Under the pieces are notes generated by a model. The model searched no databases. It was given only the letters and a program-made list of their open reading frames with translations, and was not told the DNA's origin. From a virus (Duplodnaviria; Heunggongvirae; Uroviricota; Caudoviricetes): DNA of 27,360 nt. Position 1 is the first letter of the stretch. Every line of letters begins with the position of its first letter. Position numbers and translations under genes: made by a program. Of the stretch, positions 17,167-26,810 are shown piece by piece. The stretch lies in IMG/VR virus record IMGVR_UViG_2695420569_000030; one strand, written 5' to 3'.

Positions 17167-17182
17167 TGGAGCACAAAACCTG

Positions 17183-18241
17183 ATGAAGAAGAATACCCGC
17201 TTTGCTTTTAACGCTTACCTGCAGCAGCTGGCGCGTCTGAACGGTGTGGCAGTTGAAGAACTGTCCAGCAAATTCACCGTAGAGCCGTCTGTACAGCAGA
17301 CGCTGGAAGACCAGATCCAGCAGTCCGCCGCATTCCTGACGCTGATTAACGTTACGCCAGTGACTGAGCAGTCCGGTCAGCTGCTTGGATTGGGTGTTGG
17401 CAGCACCATTGCCGGAACCACTGATACCACCGCGAAAGAGCGTGAGCCTGTCGATCCGACGCTGATGGTCGATGTGGAATATAAATGCGAGCAGACTAAC
17501 TTTGACACGGTGCTGACCTACGCGAAGCTGGACCTGTGGGCGAAGTTTCAGGATTTCCAGGTGCGTATCCGTAACGCCATCGTGAAACGTCAGGCACTGG
17601 ACCGCATCATGATCGGCTTTAACGGCGTGAAGCGTGCGAAAACCTCCAACCGTAGCGAAAACCCGCTGCTGCAGGATGTGAATAAAGGCTGGCTGCAGAA
17701 AATCCGTGAGGATGCACCGGATCACGTCATGGGCAGCACCACCACGGGCGGTGAAACCACACCGGGCGCGGTGAAAGTCGGTAAAGGTGGCGAATATGCC
17801 AACCTGGACGCCGTGGTGATGGATGCCGTTAATGAGCTTATCGACGTGGTCTACCAGGACGATGACGATCTGGTGGTGATTTGCGGTCGTGAACTGCTGT
17901 CTGACAAGTATTTCCCGCTGGTCAACAAAGAGCAGGAAAACAGTGAAAAACTCGCTGCCGATATGATCATCAGTCAGAAACGCATGGGTGGCCTGCAGGC
18001 CGTGCGTGCGCCGTTCTTCCCGCCGAATGCGTTGCTAATCACCCGTCTGGATAACCTGTCCATCTACTGGCAGGAAGACACCCGCCGCCGTTCAGTTATC
18101 GACAACCCGAAACGTGACCGGATTGAAAATTTTGAATCCGTTAACGAAGCCTATGTGGTTGAGGACTACCGCTGCGCCGCACTGGTGGAAAACATCCAGA
18201 TTGGCGACTTCAGCGCCGCCGCAGCAGAAACCGGAGCGTAA
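17183..18241 (+). CDS. N: Major capsid protein (P2 gpN-like)
   Basis: 352 aa immediately after the scaffold gene; the N-terminal RFAFNAYLQQLARLNG resembles gpN. Confidence 0.9.
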   Translation: MKKNTRFAFNAYLQQLARLNGVAVEELSSKFTVEPSVQQTLEDQIQQSAAFLTLINVTPVTEQSGQLLGLGVGSTIAGTTDTTAKEREPVDPTLMVDVEYKCEQTNFDTVLTYAKLDLWAKFQDFQVRIRNAIVKRQALDRIMIGFNGVKRAKTSNRSENPLLQDVNKGWLQKIREDAPDHVMGSTTTGGETTPGAVKVGKGGEYANLDAVVMDAVNELIDVVYQDDDDLVVICGRELLSDKYFPLVNKEQENSEKLAADMIISQKRMGGLQAVRAPFFPPNALLITRLDNLSIYWQEDTRRRSVIDNPKRDRIENFESVNEAYVVEDYRCAALVENIQIGDFSAAAAETGA

Positions 18242-18244
18242 TCC

Positions 18245-18895
18245 ATGAGCCTGAGTCCCGCACGGCAGCATCGCCTGCGCGTTCAGGCTGAACAGGCCGC
18301 CCGTGAGGGCGGCAGTGTTCGCCACGCGTCGGGCTATGACCTGATGCTGCTGCAACTGGCGGAAGACCGCCGCCGTCTCAAGGGCGTTCAGTCCACGGTG
18401 AAAAAAGCGGAAATAAAGGTGGAGCTGCTGCCGAAATATGCCGCCTGGGCGGAGGGCGTTCTGGCTGCCGGAGGCGCTCAACAGGATGACGTGCTGATGT
18501 ACGTGATGCTGTGGCGCATTGATGCCGGAGATTATGCCGGGGCGCTGGAGATCGGGCGTCATGCCCTGCGTCATGGCTGGGTGATGCCGCTGGGTAACCG
18601 CAACGTGCAGACCGTGCTGGCAGAGGAAATGGCAGACGCGGCGCAGAGCGCAATGCTTGCTGCCACCGGCTTTGATGCCGATCTGTTGCTGCAGACGCTG
18701 GAGCTGACAGACGGTCTGGATATGCCGGATCAGTCACGGGCGCGTCTGCATAAAGCGATTGGCGCGGTCCTGAGTGAAGGCAATCCGGCGTCTGCCCTTA
18801 ATCATCTCAACCATGCGTTACAGCTCGATCCCCGCTGTGGCGTGAAAAAAGACAAACAGCAGCTGGAGCGCAGACTGCGCAATGACAGCCGCTGA
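18245..18895 (+). CDS. M: Terminase small/endonuclease subunit (P2 gpM-like)
   Basis: 216 aa at the M position after N. Confidence 0.8.
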   Translation: MSLSPARQHRLRVQAEQAAREGGSVRHASGYDLMLLQLAEDRRRLKGVQSTVKKAEIKVELLPKYAAWAEGVLAAGGAQQDDVLMYVMLWRIDAGDYAGALEIGRHALRHGWVMPLGNRNVQTVLAEEMADAAQSAMLAATGFDADLLLQTLELTDGLDMPDQSRARLHKAIGAVLSEGNPASALNHLNHALQLDPRCGVKKDKQQLERRLRNDSR

Positions 18896-18990
18896 CAGAA
18901 CGTGCCCCCGCGCACGGGCGGCACGGGGTGGCGAAAGGCACTGCCACATCAAAACCCCGTCCACCGCCCTCTATTTCAGGAGAAAGCAGC

Positions 18991-19455
18991 ATGAAGTTTG
19001 TTGCGCCAGAACAGGCACCGGAACAGGCGGAAATCATCAGAAATACGCCGTTCTGGCCTGATGTGGACCTGTCGGAGTTTCGCAGTGTCATGCGCACTGA
19101 CGGCACGGTGACGCAGCCGCGTTTAAAGCAGGTTGCGCTGTCGGCAATTTCGGAGGTCAACGCAGAGCTGTATGAGTTTCGCAGACGCCAGCAGATGCTG
19201 GGGTATGCCTCGCTGGCAGAAGTCCCGGCGGAACAACTGGACGGCAAAAGCGAGCGCATTCAGCACTATTTCAACGCGGTTTACTGCTGGGCACGCGCCA
19301 TGCTCAACGAACGTTACCAGGACTATGACGCCACGGCATCCGGTGCGAAGCGAGGCGAGGAACTGGCGGAAGCAAGCGGTGATTTATGGCGTGACGCCCG
19401 CTGGGCCATCAGCCGGGTGCAGGATGCGCCGCACTGCACAGTGGAGCTTATCTGA
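18991..19455 (+). CDS. L: Head completion/stabilisation protein (P2 gpL-like)
   Basis: In-frame ATG at 18991 after AGGAGAAAG; the track ORF starts at an upstream GTG. Stop overlaps the X start. Confidence 0.8.
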   Translation: MKFVAPEQAPEQAEIIRNTPFWPDVDLSEFRSVMRTDGTVTQPRLKQVALSAISEVNAELYEFRRRQQMLGYASLAEVPAEQLDGKSERIQHYFNAVYCWARAMLNERYQDYDATASGAKRGEELAEASGDLWRDARWAISRVQDAPHCTVELI

Positions 19456-19658
19456 TGAAAGTGCGTGCGCATCAGTATGACACGGTGGACGCACTTTGCT
19501 GGCGTCATTACGGGCGCACGCAGGGTGTCACGGAGCAGGTACTGAAGGCAAATCCGGGGCTTGCCGAATACGGCCCCTTTTTACCTCACGGGCTGCAGGT
19601 GGAGCTGCCGGACATTCCGACCACCACCACCGTGCAGACCGTCCAGCTATGGGACTGA
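19455..19658 (+). CDS. X: Tail protein X (P2 gpX-like, LysM-like)
   Basis: 67 aa; ...YGRTQGVTEQVLKANPGLAEYGPFLPHGLQVELPD... parallels P2 gpX. Confidence 0.85.
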   Translation: MKVRAHQYDTVDALCWRHYGRTQGVTEQVLKANPGLAEYGPFLPHGLQVELPDIPTTTTVQTVQLWD

Positions 19659-19661
19659 ATT

Positions 19662-19877
19662 ATGACGCTTGAGCGAATCAGCGCCTTTATCACGTATTGC
19701 ATCGCCGTCGTGCTGGCCTGGCTGGGCGATTTGTCCATCAAGGATGCCTCAACGCTGGGCGGCCTGATGATTGGTGTGCTGATGCTGGCTATCAACTGGT
19801 ACTACAAACATAAAGCCTACCAGCTTCTGCGCGACGGGCAGATCTCGCGGGAGGACTATGAATCCATCAATCGTTAA
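19662..19877 (+). CDS. Putative holin
   Basis: 71 aa with two hydrophobic segments and a charged C-terminus, immediately upstream of the endolysin. Confidence 0.55.
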   Translation: MTLERISAFITYCIAVVLAWLGDLSIKDASTLGGLMIGVLMLAINWYYKHKAYQLLRDGQISREDYESINR

Positions 19878-20370
19878 ACGCTGCCTTGTCGGGGCCGTGC
19901 TGGCTATTGCAGCTACGTTGCCGGGTTTTCAGCAGCTTCACACCTCCGTGGAGGGGCTGAAACTAATTGCCGATTACGAAGGCTGCCGTCTGCAGCCGTA
20001 TCAGTGCAGTGCAGGTGTCTGGACCGACGGCATTGGTAATACATCGGGCGTCATTCCCGGCAAAACAATCACGGAACGACAGGCAGCAGAAGGGCTGATT
20101 TCCAACGTGCTGCGTGTGGAGCGGGCACTGGAAAGGTGTGTGAAGCAACAGCCGCCGCAAAAGGTGTATGACGCGGTGGTGTCGTTTGCCTTCAACGTGG
20201 GAACGGGCAATGCCTGCAGTTCCACACTGGTGAAATTACTCAATCAGCGGCTCTGGGCGGATGCGTGCCGACAGTTGCCGCGCTGGGTTTATGTAAAAGG
20301 TGTGTTTAATCAGGGGCTGGATAACCGCCGTGCGCGGGAGATGGCCTGGTGTTTACAGGGAGCAAACTGA
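19858..20370 (+). CDS. K: Endolysin (T4-type lysozyme fold with SAR-like N-terminal anchor)
   Basis: EGLKLIADYEG...DGIGNT catalytic region. N-terminal weakly hydrophobic segment CLVGAVLAIAATLPGF typical of signal-anchor-release endolysins. Confidence 0.85.
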   Translation: MNPSIVKRCLVGAVLAIAATLPGFQQLHTSVEGLKLIADYEGCRLQPYQCSAGVWTDGIGNTSGVIPGKTITERQAAEGLISNVLRVERALERCVKQQPPQKVYDAVVSFAFNVGTGNACSSTLVKLLNQRLWADACRQLPRWVYVKGVFNQGLDNRRAREMAWCLQGAN

Positions 20371-20371
20371 A

Positions 20372-20749
20372 ATGAAAAAGAAATTAATCAGCGGACTGTT
20401 TCTGATGTTATGGATGGCGCTGTTAATCGCAGCAATGGTGTATCCGCAGGGGATTTTTCCGGTACTGGCAGCGTCCGGCGTTTGGGTAGCCTGTTTGCTG
20501 ACATGGGCGGTAATTCCGGTAGCACTGGCTGCGTTAATTAAGAATGGCCCGCTCTGGCAGGAGTTAAGGGCATCTTTACTGAAGACAATTACCCGAAAAG
20601 AAAACGTATTTATCAGTTGGGTGATGCGATTGCTGATTGTTGTAAGTCTCGCCTGGACGGGGTGGGCTATTACCCTGGTCTTTTATCTACTGACCGTTAT
20701 TGCCTTCTGGATCACCCGTAATCAGATGGCGAAACAGGTAGCAGCATGA
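20372..20749 (+). CDS. LysA-like multi-pass membrane lysis protein
   Basis: In-frame ATG at 20372 after GGAG. Several hydrophobic helices. Sits at the lysA position before the spanins. Confidence 0.6.
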   Translation: MKKKLISGLFLMLWMALLIAAMVYPQGIFPVLAASGVWVACLLTWAVIPVALAALIKNGPLWQELRASLLKTITRKENVFISWVMRLLIVVSLAWTGWAITLVFYLLTVIAFWITRNQMAKQVAA

Positions 20750-21174
20750 ACCGGTTGCTGCTGGTTGTGCTGGCGTTATTACTGGCGGCGCTGGGCTGGC
20801 AGACGTGGCGGCTGGCTGATGCCAGCCAGACCATCAGCACGCAGGCAGACGAGCTGCAGAGCAAAAGCCAGGCACTGGCAAAGAGCAACAGCCAGCTTAT
20901 CAGCCTGTCCATTCTGACTGAAACCAATAACCGGGAGCAGGCGCGGCTCTATGCCGAAGCAGAACAGACCAGCACGCTGCTGAGACAACGACAACACCGG
21001 ATCGAGGAACTGAAACGTGAGAACGAGGATTTACGCCGCTGGGCTGATACTCCTTTGCCTGCTGACATTATCCGGCTGCGGAAACGTCCGGCACTCACCG
21101 GAGGTATGGCTTACCGTCAGTGGTTGTCCGCGAGTGACGCCGTGTCGGCTGGATCAGGCAACGCCGCGCACTAA
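20746..21174 (+). CDS. lysB: LysB, Rz-like inner-membrane spanin
   Basis: N-terminal TM helix (LLLVVLALLLAALGW), then a coiled-coil-like Q/E/R-rich region. Confidence 0.7.
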   Translation: MNRLLLVVLALLLAALGWQTWRLADASQTISTQADELQSKSQALAKSNSQLISLSILTETNNREQARLYAEAEQTSTLLRQRQHRIEELKRENEDLRRWADTPLPADIIRLRKRPALTGGMAYRQWLSASDAVSAGSGNAAH

Positions 21175-21307
21175 CGGTGATCTGAACGCGTTGCTGGATG
21201 AAACGGAGGCCGCCTGGGCGGTCTGTGCAGACAAAGTGGACATGATTATTGCGTGTCAGGAGCGAAACAGTGAACAAACCACAATCCCTGCGCCACGCCC
21301 TCAATAA
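21017..21307 (+). CDS. lysC: LysC, Rz1-like outer-membrane lipoprotein spanin
   Basis: Embedded out of frame in the 3' end of lysB and extending beyond it. Lipobox LTLSGC after a hydrophobic segment. The start codon is uncertain; the track ORF begins at a GTG. Confidence 0.6.
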   Translation: MRTRIYAAGLILLCLLTLSGCGNVRHSPEVWLTVSGCPRVTPCRLDQATPRTNGDLNALLDETEAAWAVCADKVDMIIACQERNSEQTTIPAPRPQ

Positions 21308-21701
21308 AGCGGTGCCTTATGTCCGCAATAACCCGGACAAACTGCATCTGTTTGTGGATAACGGTTCGCTGGTTGCCACGGGGGCCAGCTCCATGTCGTG
21401 GGAGTACCGTTACACACTGAACGCGGTGATTGAGGATTTCAGCGGCGACCAGAATCTGCTGATGGCCCCGGTTTTGCTGTGGCTGAGGGATAACCAGCCC
21501 GATGCCATCAATAACCCGGCGTTACGGGAAAAGCTATTCACCTTTGAGGTGGATATTCTGCGCAACGATGTCTGTGATATCAGCCTGAACCTGCAACTGA
21601 CGGAACGTGTGCTGGTCAGCACTGACGGCAGTGTGTCGAGCGTTGAAGCTATAGCGGAACCTGATGCACCTGAAGAAATGTGGACGGTGAAACGTGGCTG
21701 A
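21270..21701 (+). CDS. R: Tail completion protein (P2 gpR-like)
   Basis: In-frame GTG at 21270 after AGGAG. Sequence from NKPQSLRHALNKAV...FVDNGSL... onward resembles gpR. Confidence 0.7.
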   Translation: MNKPQSLRHALNKAVPYVRNNPDKLHLFVDNGSLVATGASSMSWEYRYTLNAVIEDFSGDQNLLMAPVLLWLRDNQPDAINNPALREKLFTFEVDILRNDVCDISLNLQLTERVLVSTDGSVSSVEAIAEPDAPEEMWTVKRG

Positions 21702-22140
21702 ACTGCAGAAGGTGGACGACTGGCTGAGTGCCTTGCTGGCGAATCTGGAACCAGCCTCGAGAAGCCGCATGATGCGCCAGCTGGCGCAGGAACTTCGCCG
21801 GACACAGCAGCAGAATATCAGGATGCAGCGCAACCCTGACGGCAGCAGCTATGAACCGCGACGGGTAACAGCACGCAGTAAAAAAGGCCGTATCAAACGT
21901 CAGATGTTTGCAAAGCTGCGCACCACAAAATACCTGAAAACTGCCGCCAGCACCGACTCTGCCAGCGTGCAGTTTGAAGGCAAGGTGCAGCGCATTGCCC
22001 GCGTTCACCATTACGGCCTGCGAGATCGCGTCAGTCGTAAGGGACCGGAGGTGCGTTACGCAGAGCGTCGCCTTCTGGGTGTAAATGATGATGTTGAGGC
22101 AATGACCCGCGACATGATTCTGCAATGGCTGGCGGGGTGA
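21694..22140 (+). CDS. S: Tail completion protein (P2 gpS-like)
   Basis: 148 aa overlapping the R stop, at the S position before V. Confidence 0.7.
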   Translation: MAELQKVDDWLSALLANLEPASRSRMMRQLAQELRRTQQQNIRMQRNPDGSSYEPRRVTARSKKGRIKRQMFAKLRTTKYLKTAASTDSASVQFEGKVQRIARVHHYGLRDRVSRKGPEVRYAERRLLGVNDDVEAMTRDMILQWLAG

Positions 22141-22144
22141 TCTT

Positions 22145-22162
22145 TGTATCAGCACTGATACA
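22145..22162. promoter_or_regulatory. Late-promoter activator dyad (TGT-N12-ACA) upstream of V
   Basis: TTGTATCAGCACTGATACAA, a near-perfect palindrome containing TGT-N12-ACA, located between S and V where the P2 V-operon late promoter is expected. Confidence 0.45.
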
Positions 22163-22208
22163 AGTTGCAGCACTGCCGCCTTTCTTCCCCTGATGGCAAC
22201 CTTTCCCT

Positions 22209-22787
22209 ATGAACGCACAATTAACCGAAATCATGCGCCTTATCACCAACCTGATCCGCACAGGGGTAGTCACCGAAGTGGACAGGGAAAACTGGCTTTG
22301 CCGGGTGAAAACGGGCGAGCTTGAAACCAACTGGATCAGCTGGCTGACGCTGCGTGCCGGGAATGCCCGTACATGGTGGCGACCATCGGAAGGTGAGCAG
22401 GTGGTGCTGCTGAGTCTGGGCGGCAATCTGGAAACCGCCTTTGCGCTGCCCGCTGTCTATTCGAATCAGTTCGCACCACCGTCGACGTCGGCGGACGCCT
22501 GCGTGACAGAACATCCTGACGGTGGCTGGTTTGAATACGAACCCGCCACCGGGCGCTGGTATGTCAGGGGCATCAAATCAATGGTCATTGAGGCTGCTGA
22601 CAACATCACCATGAAAACCAGTGAGTTTGTACTGGAGGCTGACCGCACGCGCATTAACAGCGAAGTGGTGATCAATGGTGGCGTTACCCAGGGCGGCGGA
22701 GCGATGAGTTCTAACGGGATCGTGGTTGATGCGCATCAGCATACTGGCGTCCTGAAAGGCGGCGATACAACCGGAGGCCCGGTATGA
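22209..22787 (+). CDS. V: Baseplate spike/assembly protein (P2 gpV-like)
   Basis: 192 aa at the V position. Confidence 0.85.
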   Translation: MNAQLTEIMRLITNLIRTGVVTEVDRENWLCRVKTGELETNWISWLTLRAGNARTWWRPSEGEQVVLLSLGGNLETAFALPAVYSNQFAPPSTSADACVTEHPDGGWFEYEPATGRWYVRGIKSMVIEAADNITMKTSEFVLEADRTRINSEVVINGGVTQGGGAMSSNGIVVDAHQHTGVLKGGDTTGGPV

Positions 22788-23143
22788 CGCTTTATAGCGG
22801 GATGAACAATACCAGCGGCAAAGTCATTACTGATATTGATCATCTGCGCCAGTCGGTGCGGGACATTCTGCTGACACCGCAGGGTAGCCGTATTGCCCGC
22901 CGGGAATATGGTTCCCTGCTGTCGGCACTGATAGATCAGCCACAAAATCCGGCATTACGCCTGCAGGTCATGTCGGCAGTGTATGTGGCGCTGAGTCGCT
23001 GGGAGCCACGGTTGACGCTGGATTCCATCACCATCAACAGCAATTTTGACGGTTCAATGGTGGTGGAGCTGACCGGGCGGCGGAATAACGGTGTGCCTGT
23101 GTCCCTTTCCGTATCAACAGGAGCAGAGAATGGCAGTGATTGA
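22784..23143 (+). CDS. W: Baseplate protein W (gp25-like)
   Basis: 119 aa with ATGA overlap to V, at the W position. Confidence 0.85.
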   Translation: MTLYSGMNNTSGKVITDIDHLRQSVRDILLTPQGSRIARREYGSLLSALIDQPQNPALRLQVMSAVYVALSRWEPRLTLDSITINSNFDGSMVVELTGRRNNGVPVSLSVSTGAENGSD

Positions 23144-24038
23144 CCTTTCGCAGTTGCCTGCACCGCAGATTGTGGATGTGCCGGACTTTGAGACGCTGCT
23201 TGCCGAACGCAAGGCAGAATTTGTGGCGCTTCATCCGAAAGATGAGCAGGAAGCAGTGATCCGCACGCTGGAACTGGAATCTGAACCCGCCACTAAATTG
23301 TTGCAGGAGAATGCTTACCGTGAGTTGCTTCTGCGCCAGCGCATTAACGAAGCCGCGCAGGCGGTGATGGTGGCTTACGCGATGGGCGGCGATCTTGACC
23401 AGCTCGCTGCCAACTACAACGTGACACGCCTGACGGTGACGCCTGCTGATAATGATGCTGTGCCGCCCGTTGCAGCTGTGATGGAAAGCGATGAAGCGTT
23501 ACGCCTGCGTGTGCCTGCAGCCTTTGAAGGGCTTTCTGTTGCGGGGCCAACTGCAGCTTATGAATTTCATGCCCGAAGCGCCGACGGTCGGGTGGCGGAT
23601 GCCAGTGCAACCAGCCCGGCACCTGCAGAGGTGGTGCTGACTGTCCTTAGCCGCGAAGGCGATGGAACTGCAGAAAAAGACCTGCTGGACGTGGTGGAAA
23701 AAGCTCTGAACAGTGAGAACGTCCGCCCGGTGGCTGACCGTCTTACGGTTTGCAGCGCAGAAATCATCCCGTATCGCGTGGAAGCCACCATTTTTCTCTA
23801 TCCTGGACCGGAAGCAGAGCCGGTAATGGCAGCGGCAAAAGCCAGCCTGCAGAAGTACATCGCCAGTCAGACGCGTCTTGGTCGGGATATTCGCCGTAGC
23901 GCCATCTTTGCCGCCCTGCATGTTGAGGGGGTGCAGCGTGTGGAGCTGGCTTCTCCTCTGGCGGATGTGGTCCTGAACAAAACACAGGCGGCATCATGTA
24001 CGCAGTGGAGCGTAACCAACGGAGGAACGGATGAATAG
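23130..24038 (+). CDS. J: Baseplate assembly protein J
   Basis: In-frame ATG at 23130 after AGGAGCAGAGA. About 302 aa, the size of P2 J. Confidence 0.85.
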   Translation: MAVIDLSQLPAPQIVDVPDFETLLAERKAEFVALHPKDEQEAVIRTLELESEPATKLLQENAYRELLLRQRINEAAQAVMVAYAMGGDLDQLAANYNVTRLTVTPADNDAVPPVAAVMESDEALRLRVPAAFEGLSVAGPTAAYEFHARSADGRVADASATSPAPAEVVLTVLSREGDGTAEKDLLDVVEKALNSENVRPVADRLTVCSAEIIPYRVEATIFLYPGPEAEPVMAAAKASLQKYIASQTRLGRDIRRSAIFAALHVEGVQRVELASPLADVVLNKTQAASCTQWSVTNGGTDE

Positions 24039-24636
24039 TTTGCTGCCACCGGGTTCAACACCACTGGAGCGCCGACTGGCGCAAACCTGCAGCGGGATTT
24101 CTGATCTGCAGGTGCCGCTTCGTGACTTGTGGAATCCGGCAACCTGTCCGGTCAGTTTCCTGCCTTATCTCGCCTGGGCGTTCTCTGTGGATCGCTGGGA
24201 CGAGGGCTGGACAGAAAGCGTCAAGCGCCAGGTGGTGAAGGATGCTTTTTATATTCATCAGCATAAAGGGACCACCAGTGCCGTGCGGCGGGTGGTGGAG
24301 CCGTTCGGATTCCTGATCCGCATTATTGAGTGGTGGCAGACCGGAGAAACACCGGGCACGTTTCGCCTGGATATCGGCGTGCAGGACCAGGGCATCACTG
24401 AAGATACCTATCTGGAACTTGAGCGACTGATAAGCGATGCCAAACCATGTAGCCGCCACATGATCGGCATGTCCATCAATCTGCAGACCAGCGGCCCGCA
24501 TTGGGTGGGAGCCGCCAGCTATCTTGGCGAAGAAATCACGATCTATCCGTATATCAACGAAACGATTATTTCCGGTGGCACCGCGCATGAAGGCGGGGCG
24601 GTCCATGTTATTGACACAATGAGAGTGAATCCATGA
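24031..24636 (+). CDS. I: Baseplate protein I
   Basis: 201 aa overlapping J at the 5' end and H at the 3' end, at the I position. Confidence 0.85.
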   Translation: MNSLLPPGSTPLERRLAQTCSGISDLQVPLRDLWNPATCPVSFLPYLAWAFSVDRWDEGWTESVKRQVVKDAFYIHQHKGTTSAVRRVVEPFGFLIRIIEWWQTGETPGTFRLDIGVQDQGITEDTYLELERLISDAKPCSRHMIGMSINLQTSGPHWVGAASYLGEEITIYPYINETIISGGTAHEGGAVHVIDTMRVNP

Positions 24637-26138
24637 GCACAAAATTTTATACCCTGCTGACGGATATTGGCGCGGCGAAACTTGCCAGCGCCGCCGCGCT
24701 CGGTGTGCCGCTAAAAATTACCCATATGGCGGTGGGCGATGGCGGTGGAGTATTGCCAACGCCGGACGCAAAGCAGACGGCACTGGTAAATGAGAAACGC
24801 CGGGCTGCGCTGAATATGCTTTATATCGACCCGCAGAACAGCAGCCAGATTATTGCCGAACAGGTGATCCCTGAAAACGAGGGCGGTTGGTGGATACGTG
24901 AAGTGGGCTTGTTTGATGAGTCCGGGGCATTGATTGCCGTGGGCAACTGCCCGGAAAGCTATAAGCCGCAACTGGCTGAAGGTAGCGGGCGCACTCAGAC
25001 CGTGCGCATGGTGCTGATTACCAGCAGCACGGACAATATCACCCTGAAAATCGACCCTGCTGTAGTGCTGGCAACCCGCAAGTATGTGGATGACAAGGCA
25101 CTGGAGCTGAAGGTGTACGCGGATGATCAGATGGCAAAACATCTTGCCGCACCGGACCCGCATTCACAGTACGCGCCAAAAGCCAGCCCGACATTTACCG
25201 GAACCCCCAAAGCGCCAACGCCAGCGGCGGGGAATAATACCACGCAGGTTGCGACCACTGCGTTTGTACAGGCGGCACTGACGGCCCTTATTAATGGTGC
25301 GCCAGCCACGCTGGACACGCTGAAAGAAATAGCCGCAGCCATTAACAATGATCCGAATTTCAGTACCACCATTAACAATGCGCTGGCACTAAAAGCACCG
25401 TTGTCGAGTCCGGCACTCACCGGAACGCCAACAGCCCCCACGGCGGCGCAGTCGGTCAACAATACACAGATTGCCACTACGGCTTTTGTGAAATCGGCGA
25501 TTGCAGGAATGGTGGGTTCTGCACCTGCTGCACTGGATACACTGAACGAACTGGCGGCGGCACTGGGGAATGATCCGAACTTTGCCACGACAATGCTTAA
25601 TGCGCTGGCAGGTAAACAACCGCTGGACAATACGCTTACCAATTTGAGTGGAAAGGATGTAGCTGGTCTTCTCACATACCTTGGTTTGGGAGAAGGTGCT
25701 CCAGCTATTGGCGTTCCGTTCTTCTGGCCGTCCGCTGCAATGCCAAATACTGTAATCGACAGCTGGTCCAGTATGGTGTTTTTGAAGTTCAACGGCGCGA
25801 AATTCTCTGCCACTGATTATCCTGTGCTGGCGAAAGTATTTCCTTCGCTGGTATTACCTGAAGCCCGCGGTGATTTCATTCGTATCTGGGATGACGGGCG
25901 AGGTGCAGACGGTGGTCGCGAATTATTAAGCTGGCAGGAAGCTACAAACTTTTCTCAGTTTGCCGGGAATATAGGCGGAGGTGCGGGACACGCAATTAAC
26001 TTTCATGATGGCATCGCCGGAAATCAGCCAGGATTTTCACGATTTAATTTCACCAGTAACTCTGTGGGTGATGGTGTGAATTTTGTTGCTGTCAGACCGC
26101 GAAATATTGCATTTAACTTTCTGGTGAGGGCTAAATAA
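24633..26138 (+). CDS. H: Tail fibre protein (P2 gpH-like)
   Basis: N-terminus MSTKFYTLLTDIGAAKLA... typical of P2/Mu-type fibres. Internal TAFV...A.....GAPA.LDTL.E.AAA..NDPNF repeats. Contains a hix-like motif at about 25681-25700. Confidence 0.85.
   Translation: MSTKFYTLLTDIGAAKLASAAALGVPLKITHMAVGDGGGVLPTPDAKQTALVNEKRRAALNMLYIDPQNSSQIIAEQVIPENEGGWWIREVGLFDESGALIAVGNCPESYKPQLAEGSGRTQTVRMVLITSSTDNITLKIDPAVVLATRKYVDDKALELKVYADDQMAKHLAAPDPHSQYAPKASPTFTGTPKAPTPAAGNNTTQVATTAFVQAALTALINGAPATLDTLKEIAAAINNDPNFSTTINNALALKAPLSSPALTGTPTAPTAAQSVNNTQIATTAFVKSAIAGMVGSAPAALDTLNELAAALGNDPNFATTMLNALAGKQPLDNTLTNLSGKDVAGLLTYLGLGEGAPAIGVPFFWPSAAMPNTVIDSWSSMVFLKFNGAKFSATDYPVLAKVFPSLVLPEARGDFIRIWDDGRGADGGRELLSWQEATNFSQFAGNIGGGAGHAINFHDGIAGNQPGFSRFNFTSNSVGDGVNFVAVRPRNIAFNFLVRAK
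25681..25700. repeat. hix/gix-like recombination-site motif, copy A (inside H)
   Basis: TTGGTTTGGGAGAAGGTGCT, 19/20 identical to copy B at 26791-26810. Both encode G(L/F)GEGA in the + frame. Confidence 0.4.
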
Positions 26139-26723
26139 TGAAACCTGTTTTTGATGAAAATGGGCTGGCATTGTCGCTGATGAGGGAAATTTTTTATAGA
26201 GCGTGGACAGACCAATATCAAAAATCAGTGCCACGCGTTGACGTGACTCCCCTGCAGCCAGCAAACGCCCGGCCTGCTCCCACTCACTCGCGGTGAGTTT
26301 CGGTCGTCTGCCACCAATACGACCTTTGGCTCTGGCCGCTTCCAGCCCGGCCCGAGTCCGCTCGACAATGAGTTCTCGTTCCATTTCAGCCAGGGCACCC
26401 ATCACATGAAAGAAAAAACGCCCCATCGGCGTGCTGGTATCAATAGCATCCGTCAGGCTGCGAAAATTAATGCCGCGTTCGCGCAGCTCCTCAACCAGAA
26501 TGACCAGATGCCGCATACTACGCCCCAGCCGGTCCAGCTTCCAGACTACCAGTGTATCCCCCTCCGATAATGTCCTGAGCAGTTTTTTCAGTCCCGGCCT
26601 GTCGGACTTCGTGCCGCTGATTTTGTCCTCAAAAATCCGCTCACATCCCGCGCACTCCAGCGCGTTACGCTGCAATTCCGTGTTCTGGTCATTTGTTGAC
26701 ACGCGTACATAGCCAATAAGCAT
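26037..26723 (-). CDS. Serine recombinase, DNA invertase (Pin/Gin/Cin/Hin family)
   Basis: From the in-frame ATG at 26723, MLIGYVRVSTNDQNTELQRNAL...WKLDRLGRSM...GINFRSLTD...GRFFFHVMGALAEMERELI...GRIGGRRPKL... is near-identical in pattern to Gin/Pin as I recall them. The C-terminus runs about 35 aa longer than those invertases, into the H 3' region. Confidence 0.85.
   Translation of the reverse strand: MLIGYVRVSTNDQNTELQRNALECAGCERIFEDKISGTKSDRPGLKKLLRTLSEGDTLVVWKLDRLGRSMRHLVILVEELRERGINFRSLTDAIDTSTPMGRFFFHVMGALAEMERELIVERTRAGLEAARAKGRIGGRRPKLTASEWEQAGRLLAAGESRQRVALIFDIGLSTLYKKFPSSATMPAHFHQKQVSLFSPHQKVKCNISRSDSNKIHTITHRVTGEIKS
26139..26297 (+). pseudogene. Possible 5' remnant of a tail-fibre assembly (tfa) gene
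   Basis: 52-codon ORF starting at the ATG right after the H stop, where a tfa gene is expected. It lies antisense to the invertase 3' end, so most of its length is probably not genuine coding. Confidence 0.3.
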
Positions 26724-26780
26724 GAGCATCCCCCTGAATAAAAACCGGAGATGATGCCAGTTAGCCATAATCTCTGCATT

Positions 26781-26810
26781 TTCTTAAACGTTGGTTTTGG
26801 AGAAGGTGCT
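26781..26810. repeat. hix/gix-like crossover site, copy B, next to the invertase 5' end
   Basis: TTCTTAAACGTTGGTTTTGGAGAAGGTGCT resembles the gix/hix consensus as recalled (TTCCTGTAAACCGAGGTTTTGGATAA), immediately upstream of the invertase start. Confidence 0.5.

Noticed and set aside
16657-17725. Minus-strand ORFs of 153 and 220 aa overlapping genes O and N
   Set aside because: Antisense to well-supported capsid genes in a GC-rich region where long spurious ORFs are common; no start signals.
21649-22173. 174-aa minus-strand ORF overlapping tail gene S
   Set aside because: Antisense to a backbone gene within a tightly packed co-directional operon.
25127-25813. 228-aa minus-strand ORF, Gly/Ala-rich
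   Set aside because: Lies entirely antisense within the tail-fibre gene H. Its composition mirrors the fibre's repetitive coding sequence, and there is no RBS or phage-gene context.
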